Shown here in pieces: positions 23,089-29,886 of a DNA stretch of 29,886 bases. The stretch is taken from positions 1-29,886 of the IMG/VR virus record IMGVR_UViG_3300029171_000037. One strand, given 5' to 3'. The notes under the pieces were generated by a model, which made no database searches, was not told the DNA's origin, and worked only from the letters and a program-made list of their open reading frames with translations. The position numbers and the translations under genes were made by a program. Source of the DNA: an uncultured virus (IMG/VR IMGVR_UViG_3300029171_000037). Numbering within the stretch: the first letter of the stretch is position 1; each line of letters begins with the position of its first letter.

Positions 23089-23655
23089 TTATGCGTAGAA
23101 GCGAAGGCCTTGCTCTCCCAACCACGCATTTGGTCCAATTGCCTTGATCAATTCCTTGACCACTGTAGGCAAACGATCAGCCTTGATGTTGTTCTTGATA
23201 GAGACATCAATAGGACCGATCTTGTAAGCGCTCAACGTTTCCAAGTCGTAGTCGCCTACAATCGTTGTATCGTCATCGTTTTGCTTGAGATAGAACATTG
23301 CTTGCTCACAAGTCGCCTGCTTCAGTTCAGGGGGGATTGTGTTGCTGTCAATGTAGTAGAAACCAGTTGGTTCGAAAGATGGAGCGGTGCCTGGATCTGC
23401 GTTGTAGTTACGGCTTACAACTGCAGCACGTGGCCACTGTAGTGCTTGTACACCGTAGAACGATACTTGACCACCAAAGCGTTCACGATCGATGCGCTTC
23501 GTAGCCATTACCAGTACCTTTTGTTTGCCGGCTGTTTGGAGGTTATCCCAAAGATCCGTACCAAGACGACCAGCAAAGTAGTCGTCCGCTTCGGAAACCG
23601 ACAGATAGCTGTTCGCTGTGGATGTTCCGACAGAAGAGTCAAAGTTGAATGCCAT
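23089..23655 (-). CDS. Head-tail adaptor (DnaT-like family)
   Basis: ANSY.SV.EAD.YF, AT..ID...F.G, QALQWPR, IP.ELK.A.CE.A and KIGPI.V motifs; follows the capsid gene. Confidence 0.85.
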   Translation of the reverse strand: MAFNFDSSVGTSTANSYLSVSEADDYFAGRLGTDLWDNLQTAGKQKVLVMATKRIDRERFGGQVSFYGVQALQWPRAAVVSRNYNADPGTAPSFEPTGFYYIDSNTIPPELKQATCEQAMFYLKQNDDDTTIVGDYDLETLSAYKIGPIDVSIKNNIKADRLPTVVKELIKAIGPNAWLGEQGLRFYA

Positions 23656-23682
23656 AAGTGTATTCCTTAGCTGTGATAGGAC

Positions 23683-23733
23683 TATTTATTGCGTCTCTGG
23701 AAACAGAAAGAGGTCGGAAGATCCGACCTCTTT
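23683..23733 (-). terminator. Terminator after the major capsid gene, followed by a TAAATA box
   Basis: 12-bp stem AAAGAGGTCGGA/TCCGACCTCTTT (23707-23718/23722-23733), then CTGTTT; TAAATA at 23683-23688. Confidence 0.8.
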
Positions 23734-23754
23734 GTTAGTTAGCTAATCTTTCGA

Positions 23755-24705
23755 TTAGACTGTCACGCTCTTGAGACGTGCAACTGCCAGTGGGCTGTGA
23801 ACAGCGAAACCACCGTACATCTTGATACGCCAGATGTCGTAGTCACCAGCTTCCGCAGGACCGACTTCTTGAACAGCGATACCACCAACCGTTGGGATGA
23901 TACCAGAAGCACCACCTGTACGGCTGCCGTCGTCGAACGAACCAGCGTAGATGTCAACTTGCGAACCAGCTGTCACGCCGTCCACGTCTTGGCTGAGCCA
24001 ATCGTTACGGATGAGAGCGATACCGTTGTACATCAACAGCTGACGACCAGCAACTTCGCGCATTTCAACACCAGTCACACCGCGGAGCAGCGAACGGATC
24101 TTGCGGATACCCTTGTTGTTAGCCATGATCCACGATGCATCACCAACCTTGATCTGGTCGATCAGGGCGTCAAGCATGTCCAGCGTGAGAGGTGCGTCTG
24201 CTTGGTCCAGGTCTTGAGCAGCGAAAGCAGCATCAGACGTGAACATTGTTTCCAGACCATCAAATTCCTGAGTGTTCGTCACACCGGAAACAGACGATCC
24301 TGGGGATGCCAGGTTACCAACAGCAACTTGACGCATGTATTCACGACCAACTTGCTTAGCCTTCGAAGCGATAGCTGCAGCGACTGGGTCGTTACCAACG
24401 TTAGCACCAACGCCTTGAGCGATGATCAGACCGTTAACTTCTGCGTCACCGATGATCGATGTCAGAGCCAAAGCCTTTTGTGCGAACGTTACCTGTGTCT
24501 TAACACCGGAAGTAGAACCACCGATAGCCAACGAAGCTACGTTACCAGGAGTACCTTCACGGTTGAACGCGTAGGAGTTACCTTGTGTCAGGTTGAATGG
24601 GAGGATTGCAGCGAAGTCGTCGGTTGTAGCGACGGTTTCAGCAACACCAGCGGAGAGGTCATCAAGACCAAGTTTCTTTGCTTCAGCAAGCAGAATGGAT
24701 GCCAT
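23755..24705 (-). CDS. Major capsid protein
   Basis: 316 aa; L.EA.KL, LPF....GN.Y.FNRE, EFDGL, LD.LD.LID, YNGI...RND and RIK.Y.G.A......ARL; GGAG RBS and downstream terminator. Confidence 0.92.
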   Translation of the reverse strand: MASILLAEAKKLGLDDLSAGVAETVATTDDFAAILPFNLTQGNSYAFNREGTPGNVASLAIGGSTSGVKTQVTFAQKALALTSIIGDAEVNGLIIAQGVGANVGNDPVAAAIASKAKQVGREYMRQVAVGNLASPGSSVSGVTNTQEFDGLETMFTSDAAFAAQDLDQADAPLTLDMLDALIDQIKVGDASWIMANNKGIRKIRSLLRGVTGVEMREVAGRQLLMYNGIALIRNDWLSQDVDGVTAGSQVDIYAGSFDDGSRTGGASGIIPTVGGIAVQEVGPAEAGDYDIWRIKMYGGFAVHSPLAVARLKSVTV

Positions 24706-24742
24706 GTTTGTTACTCCAAATAGGAAAGGTTACAAATTGTAT

Positions 24743-25387
24743 TTACTTGCGATTCTTCAAACCTTGAGCAATTCGGCTGATACCGCTCACTTCAGTGTTC
24801 GAAAAACTGCCTTTAACGGTTTTTTGTGATCCAGACCCTCTGGATTGTCCAAATAGATGTGGCGCCGATTCCGACAACGATTGAATCCAAGTGGTCACCT
24901 GATAAGGCTTACCATCTTTATCAACCTTTGCTTCCTTCAGAACTGCTACACCGTCCTTGACAGTGAACACTTCCTTCGCGCGGTTCATCACATCCTGCAG
25001 CGCACTTTCTTGTACCCCGTACTTAATGGCTGCGTCTTTAACGCTATCTGACAAAACAACACGCTCAAGATGTGCCTCAAGCTGTGCCTTCTGTTGAGCC
25101 AACGTAGAGTTCTCAGTCTTCATGTCTGCGACACGCTTTTCGACTGCTTGCTCCACATCAATGTCCGACGGCTTAACGTCCTTCAAAGATGTCTTGGTTA
25201 CTTCTTCCAACTTTTGCTTCAGTTGGATGTTGTTGTTGCGGAACTCACCCAGCTTTGTTTCTGCTTCCTTGAACTTCGATTCAGGAACAACACCTTCTGC
25301 GTCCAACAACCACTTGCCATCTTGTTCTTTGTAGAACGATGCAACGGACTCCTCTGGAGCCTCTGTCAACTCATATTTCAATCCCAT
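24743..25387 (-). CDS. Capsid scaffolding protein
   Basis: LKY...Y.E.DGK..LD.EG, EFR.NNI, coiled coil, W...L...APHLF..S.GSG; located between portal and capsid genes. Confidence 0.85.
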   Translation of the reverse strand: MGLKYELTEAPEESVASFYKEQDGKWLLDAEGVVPESKFKEAETKLGEFRNNNIQLKQKLEEVTKTSLKDVKPSDIDVEQAVEKRVADMKTENSTLAQQKAQLEAHLERVVLSDSVKDAAIKYGVQESALQDVMNRAKEVFTVKDGVAVLKEAKVDKDGKPYQVTTWIQSLSESAPHLFGQSRGSGSQKTVKGSFSNTEVSGISRIAQGLKNRK

Positions 25388-25424
25388 GGTTACCCCGTAA
25401 CAATGTGTAAGTTATATATCAAAC

Positions 25425-25458
25425 GTGAGCGGACCTTCCGCTCACCTGAACTTATTTA
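25425..25458 (-). promoter_or_regulatory. TAAATA box followed by a 9-bp hairpin upstream of scaffold/capsid
   Basis: CATAAATA (core 25453-25458), then GTGAGCGGA-AGG-TCCGCTCAC (25425-25445). Confidence 0.55.
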
Positions 25459-25492
25459 TGTCCAATCGTGATACTGCGGCTAATCAAACGGG

Positions 25493-26782
25493 TTAAGCCG
25501 CTGGATCTGCCGGAGTATTTTCAATCAGTGCTTCTTTTTCCTGGTTAGGATAGTCAACGACTTCACCTTCGTACAGACGCTTCAAGAATGTATCTTGAGT
25601 GATCAATCCCTTCGTGTACAAGTCGATCAGCGAACCGATTTCTGCAGGTGTCATCACAGCTGGGCTGAAGTCCTTGTTCAGATACACTTCTGGTTCTTCA
25701 CCATCAGTCACCCACCACAAGTTGTAGTAGCTGAGGATCTTTTCAAGACCTTCTTCGAAGCTATTGGCCATTGTGATCAACGAAGCACCTTCTGCACCCA
25801 AACGGATCTGTAGTGAGTCACTTGATTCGACACCAGCCTTGTACTGCAGCAAACGACTGCCCAAGCTGAACATCTGTTCTTCCTTGACCTTGATCTGCTC
25901 TTGGATGACCTTGACGTTATTTCCTTGGTATTCCAAGAATGTCGCTGTGCTACCTTCCGTCAGTTGCAAGAACTTGTCACCACCGAAACCAATACCAGCA
26001 GTCTCTTGTGCAAGTTCACCAGTAATCACAGGCACAGGGAACGACAATACCCACGTTACGTGTGACATCTGAGCTTGCAAGTTGAAGTGCTCAATGTTGA
26101 TGTTGGCCAATGTAGCCAAAGGTGGTTTGACCATGCATGGCTTGTTATCGTAGGCATTAACGAACACGAATGGAATGCTCATCAGACGTTGTCCACGTGC
26201 CAATGGTTCATAGTGCTCAGTTACTTCCCACACATCCTTCTTCGTTTCTGTCCACACATTGACTGCATAGAGACCATCTTGGTCAAGATACAGTTCACGG
26301 AAGCGGCATGCGACACTCACCTTGAAACGGTCATCAGGATCTTCTACGTAGTAGTGTTCACGGAGAACAACGTACGTATCAGACCAATTGGTGATGTACT
26401 CACTTGCATAGGAGACGATGTACGGTGTGTTCTGACCTTCGTCGTAGTCACAAAGTAGACCAACACGACCAGTTGTCAACAGATCAACGTAGCCTTGTTG
26501 GACAAACTGCTCTACGCTTTCACCGCCACAGATCACTGGGACGTCACCGTACACACCTTCAAGGCGTAGTGGTTTGCGTGTTAGTGCACCGACCAAAGCG
26601 GAAGTGGTGCGTTCCATCACATTATAGAACGAAGGACGGCTGCGAAACACTTCATACTGCTGAGATGTCTGGCTTTCTTTCCTTGGCACATACTCTTTGA
26701 CGTCTCCGTCTAGCGCATCGCTGGTCTTCTTGACGCATTCGATGTGCTGATCGTACTCTGGGTGCGTTGTTGTAATCGGCAT
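25493..26782 (-). CDS. Portal protein (DUF4055-type)
   Basis: HPEY, R..FYN...RT...LVG....KP, GR.GLL.D, I.NW, IPFV, KPPL..LA.INI.H and M..LG.RLL; follows TerL. Confidence 0.92.
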   Translation of the reverse strand: MPITTTHPEYDQHIECVKKTSDALDGDVKEYVPRKESQTSQQYEVFRSRPSFYNVMERTTSALVGALTRKPLRLEGVYGDVPVICGGESVEQFVQQGYVDLLTTGRVGLLCDYDEGQNTPYIVSYASEYITNWSDTYVVLREHYYVEDPDDRFKVSVACRFRELYLDQDGLYAVNVWTETKKDVWEVTEHYEPLARGQRLMSIPFVFVNAYDNKPCMVKPPLATLANINIEHFNLQAQMSHVTWVLSFPVPVITGELAQETAGIGFGGDKFLQLTEGSTATFLEYQGNNVKVIQEQIKVKEEQMFSLGSRLLQYKAGVESSDSLQIRLGAEGASLITMANSFEEGLEKILSYYNLWWVTDGEEPEVYLNKDFSPAVMTPAEIGSLIDLYTKGLITQDTFLKRLYEGEVVDYPNQEKEALIENTPADPAA

Positions 26783-26819
26783 TTCGTAACCTCTGTTTGA
26801 ATATCCTATTTATTTCTGA

Positions 26820-28160
26820 TCAGTACATGCCCATGAGACGTAGACTACCAGACTTCAAGAACTTAACTGGGAATTTGTTGTGGATAAAGTAGCCAGCAGC
26901 ATCGTTCGCATGGTCAAACTTACCATCTTTCAATGGCTCACCTGACGAATCATAAACCTGACGCTCAAGACACTGCGTATACAATGGACACGCCTTACTA
27001 TTCACATAGTATTTACGCACTCCTTCGGAAGTACAGAAGGCAATGTTCATTGCGTTGATACGGTCACGGACTGGTGGGTTGACATTTCCGTAGTGAACAG
27101 TGAATCCCGCTGCCTTAAGTAGCGAAATGTCAGTCTGACCTGTTGCATTTGTCTTGCGACTCTTACCAGAGCTGTCTGGATACATGCTGATACGGAAGCC
27201 AGTGCACGTGTTCTTGATCGCATTGATCACAGCTTCGGTGTCATGTAGACCAACAAACTCATGGATGCAGTGAGGAACACCGTCGATAATCACGTGTACA
27301 AGAGCAGCCATGTTGTCCATGTTAAAGTCCATACCAATGTGAAGCTCTGGAAGAGGGATCTGTGCACCACGGCTGTCCTTTTTCTTGCTCCATTCACTAC
27401 GTACTTTGTCAAGCGTCCAGTCAGAATTGTTCTCACGTCGATCAAACTTGCGATAGATGCGACCAGTTGTCATGTTGACCACGTTACCATGGACCCATGC
27501 TTCAACCTGTTCATCGGTCATGTTCGCAATGTTGTTCTCCACATAGTCATCGTCAAGCATCTTGTTATCTAGTGTACTTGCCTGAATGACACGAACTTTT
27601 CCCTTCAGCTTCTCATCAGTGTTCGCCTTCTCCACAAAGAAGTGATTCATGAAGCGGAAACCTTCAGGTGTACTGGTCACAAATGTCTGCTTCAGTGCAC
27701 CTTTAGCACGAAGACGACTGTTGACACGGACCCACATCGCTTCTTGCAGCGACGTTTCCATTGTGTCCATTTCGTCAATGCCAGCCCACGCCGCGTTGAT
27801 ACCAATCATTCGCTTGTAGTTCTCAGCACTGCGCATCTTGATTGTGCATGTACCAGTAGCAAAGTGGATCTTGAACTCAGGATTACCACCCGACTGATTG
27901 AGTGAGTAGTCATCAATTCCCATGATGTCAAGCACTTCTTCCATCGTAGGAATGAACACGTCCTTGATCAGTGGGTATGTTGGTTCGCACACAATGCCAA
28001 TGTGATCACCAATACGTTGGCAGTTCAAGTCAGCAAGGAACAACGCCTTTGCACAGAATGCAAACGTCTTACCTGCACCCAAACCTGCACGCAGTGCAAT
28101 ATATCGGTGATGTGAATCAGTAACGAAGTCGTACTGATGCGGAAAGAGACTCAAGCTCAT
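26820..28160 (-). CDS. terL: Terminase large subunit
   Basis: PHQ adenine motif, Walker A AGLGAGKT, Walker B WAGIDE, TSTPEG, nuclease IGMDFN, YPDSSG and DHANDA.GY. Confidence 0.96.
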   Translation of the reverse strand: MSLSLFPHQYDFVTDSHHRYIALRAGLGAGKTFAFCAKALFLADLNCQRIGDHIGIVCEPTYPLIKDVFIPTMEEVLDIMGIDDYSLNQSGGNPEFKIHFATGTCTIKMRSAENYKRMIGINAAWAGIDEMDTMETSLQEAMWVRVNSRLRAKGALKQTFVTSTPEGFRFMNHFFVEKANTDEKLKGKVRVIQASTLDNKMLDDDYVENNIANMTDEQVEAWVHGNVVNMTTGRIYRKFDRRENNSDWTLDKVRSEWSKKKDSRGAQIPLPELHIGMDFNMDNMAALVHVIIDGVPHCIHEFVGLHDTEAVINAIKNTCTGFRISMYPDSSGKSRKTNATGQTDISLLKAAGFTVHYGNVNPPVRDRINAMNIAFCTSEGVRKYYVNSKACPLYTQCLERQVYDSSGEPLKDGKFDHANDAAGYFIHNKFPVKFLKSGSLRLMGMY

Positions 28161-28498
28161 GCAATCAGGCTACCGAAGATTTGCGTAGCTCCATGGACAG
28201 CCAACAATGTTTCTGCTTCGCAGCGAATGTCATCGTCCTTACCAACCCGGGCAATACGAATCAAGTGGTCAATCAACTGCGGATGCTTCACTTTGTTGGA
28301 GCAACCAAGTTCATACCAACGCTGGAAGTCACCTTGGTTGGTATAACGCTTCATCGAAGGAACACCAACTTGCAACCAAGCATTTTCAAGCTTGCTCACA
28401 TACAGCGCTTCTACTTCAGATAGTTGACCCTTAAGTTCGGAAACTGTATTAGGGTTTGATTCTTGCTGAACACGGTCAGCCTTGCGTACGTATGCCAT
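28157..28498 (-). CDS. Hypothetical protein between TerS and TerL
   Basis: 113 aa, start/stop overlaps with both neighbours. Confidence 0.75.
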   Translation of the reverse strand: MAYVRKADRVQQESNPNTVSELKGQLSEVEALYVSKLENAWLQVGVPSMKRYTNQGDFQRWYELGCSNKVKHPQLIDHLIRIARVGKDDDIRCEAETLLAVHGATQIFGSLIA

Positions 28499-28887
28499 TA
28501 TTCATCTTCCTTATCGATATCTTCTACACGCTTGAACTCTAGTCCAGACGGTAGTTGCTTGCGTTCAACTTCAACGACTTGTTCCTTCCAACCTTGCTTA
28601 CGCGACAGGTAGAATTTCAATGCGTCCAGTTGTTTTGGTTGTGTTGCGTCAGACCAGATTTGGTAGAGCAAAGTTGTAGCCAATTCTTCTCCCAAGGCTG
28701 AACCTTCGTTCAAAAGCTCAGTTAACTCAGGAATGATTTTCTTCTTTTCGTACCATACGGTCGGAGAAAGGCCCACCAAGCGGGCAATGTTGTCCTGCTT
28801 GACGCCTTTCTTAGCTGCTTGTCGAATGATTTCGCGACGTTCGTCCGTTAGCTCCCAGCGCGGACGTCCACCTTTTGCTGTTGTCAT
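28498..28887 (-). CDS. terS: Terminase small subunit
   Basis: GGRP N-terminus, HTH (GVKQDNIARLVGLSPTVWY), A.KFYL.RK.GW.E; upstream of TerL. Confidence 0.8.
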   Translation of the reverse strand: MTTAKGGRPRWELTDERREIIRQAAKKGVKQDNIARLVGLSPTVWYEKKKIIPELTELLNEGSALGEELATTLLYQIWSDATQPKQLDALKFYLSRKQGWKEQVVEVERKQLPSGLEFKRVEDIDKEDE

Positions 28888-28929
28888 GTTAATACCCCCG
28901 GTAAAATGACCTATACGTCTATTTACCCG

Positions 28930-29157
28930 TTATTGGCGACGAACAGCTGTTGTCAGTTGACGGATCGCTTGGTGGAATGCTTGGGGTTCGACAGACGATG
29001 TGCCTGTATCGAACTCAACAACAGCTTCAGGAGGCACTCCGTCAAAGACGAATGTCCCTTTGTTGCCAAGCTTCTTGATCTCTTTGATCTTGAACTTCTT
29101 TACGAAGAGGTATGCAGCAAGGCAGATGTCAGTGGTGTCAAAGTGTACGTTATTCAT
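28930..29157 (-). CDS. DUF5659-like small protein (75 aa)
   Basis: F.TTD..LAAYL......I...G.F.F......F..G...VEP..F...IR.L pattern. Confidence 0.75.
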   Translation of the reverse strand: MNNVHFDTTDICLAAYLFVKKFKIKEIKKLGNKGTFVFDGVPPEAVVEFDTGTSSVEPQAFHQAIRQLTTAVRRQ

Positions 29158-29354
29158 GATAGTTTCGCCAGGATATGTTTTTCTTGAACGATTACGATTC
29201 CGTTCGGTTGGTCAATCTGATACCAGATTCCATTTGGTTTAGGAGGAAGGATGCCGACAATGTTTCCTTCCAGATGTGAGAAGCCGCCGCCTACACAATT
29301 GCACTTAGCACTGAGGAAGCGAACTCTTTGGTTGACTTCGTATACAGGTGTCAT
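29154..29354 (-). CDS. Small hypothetical protein, possible SH3-like barrel
   Basis: 66 aa; YEVNQRVRF...G.IVGI...WYQI...V.EKHI; ATGA overlaps on both sides. Confidence 0.65.
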   Translation of the reverse strand: MTPVYEVNQRVRFLSAKCNCVGGGFSHLEGNIVGILPPKPNGIWYQIDQPNGIVIVQEKHILAKLS

Positions 29355-29875
29355 TCAAATGCTCCTGAATTCAGCTTAGTGATCAATCCACGTGTGTACA
29401 TCATTAGTGCAACGTCGTGCTGATACTGCTGTGCTTCGTCTGCTGTCATGCCAAGCATGTTTGCAGCAGGAGTTTGAATCGTTGTTTTCTGGAACTCAAA
29501 CAGAGCGCGTTGAAGGACCAGGCTTTCCTCTGTTGACAGTTTGATTGTTTGCATAAGTTCGCCCTTCTTTACTTTATAGTTTTTGTGCACAGTATACTTG
29601 CGCAGTTCTTTGTATGGGTAGTTGTAGCCTTCCAATGGATCAAATTGCTTTGTAGTAGGCATTTCGTACACAGTAGCGGTTGGCTTCTTTTCAGTGCGAA
29701 CAACATATTGAACAAGAACACCTTGCTCTGTGTAGCGTTCCTTAATCACTTGACGTGACTTTGCTTGATCGCGACGACGTTGCATGATGTACTGCTTGCG
29801 GAACTCAGGATCGCGGTCAAGGCGGCGTTTTAGCTTCGCATATGCCCTTTGGTTTGCCGTCTGTTTCGTGCTCAT
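29351..29875 (-). CDS. Hypothetical protein (174 aa), basic N-terminus
   Basis: AGGA RBS at the window end; a possible internal start at MQTIKL. Confidence 0.65.
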   Translation of the reverse strand: MSTKQTANQRAYAKLKRRLDRDPEFRKQYIMQRRRDQAKSRQVIKERYTEQGVLVQYVVRTEKKPTATVYEMPTTKQFDPLEGYNYPYKELRKYTVHKNYKVKKGELMQTIKLSTEESLVLQRALFEFQKTTIQTPAANMLGMTADEAQQYQHDVALMMYTRGLITKLNSGAFE

Positions 29876-29886
29876 ATGGTTTTCCT

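Noticed and set aside
23070-23138. N-terminal extension of ORF 22812..23138 in the track
   Set aside because: It overlaps the adaptor gene; the AAGGA RBS and the paralogue alignment support the ATG at 23069.
4121-29758. Numerous plus-strand ORFs, some long (e.g. 23797..24723, 16641..17495, 20780..21601)
   Set aside because: They are antisense shadows of well-supported minus-strand genes with biased codon usage, and show no recognisable motifs.
1-29886. CRISPR array, integrase/att site or stop-codon reassignment
   Set aside because: No regularly spaced repeats and no integrase. Core genes are full length under the standard code and no suppressor tRNA is present. The tail-tip split involves separately initiated genes rather than read-through.
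29868-29886. Right end resembling an M13-reverse primer complement
   Set aside because: It reads AGGAAAACCATATG on the minus strand, i.e. the RBS and start of ORF 29351..29875, with only a partial match to the primer.

Overview
This is a ~30 kb fragment of a tailed dsDNA bacteriophage, most likely a siphovirus, encoded almost entirely on the minus strand. Reading from right to left: small hypothetical genes, TerS, TerL, DUF4055-type portal, scaffold, major capsid protein, head-tail adaptor, a 929-aa fibre with an adaptor gene, two membrane proteins (holin candidates), neck and tail-completion genes, tail tube, a tail chaperone with a -1 frameshift, tape measure, and a GTA-like tail tip (Dit, hub, NlpC/P60). 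The central tail-tip protein is split into two genes by a four-gene fibre/propeller block. A DUF5675 endolysin candidate and small DNA-binding-type ORFs follow, then five tRNA genes, about 750 nt of highly structured non-coding sequence flanking a 53-aa basic ORF, and a Holliday-junction resolvase. The main points of interest are: (i) a promoter-driven kissing-loop leader, basic peptide and large structured element at 850-1785; (ii) a D-armless tRNA-Ala resembling the tRNA-like domain of tmRNA; (iii) a strand-specific T4-late-like TAAATA motif upstream of most operons; (iv) the split tail-tip gene and a fibre with nested domain insertions. Bases 1-17 are a random-amplification primer artefact. 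All family names come from motif recognition by eye, not from database searches.
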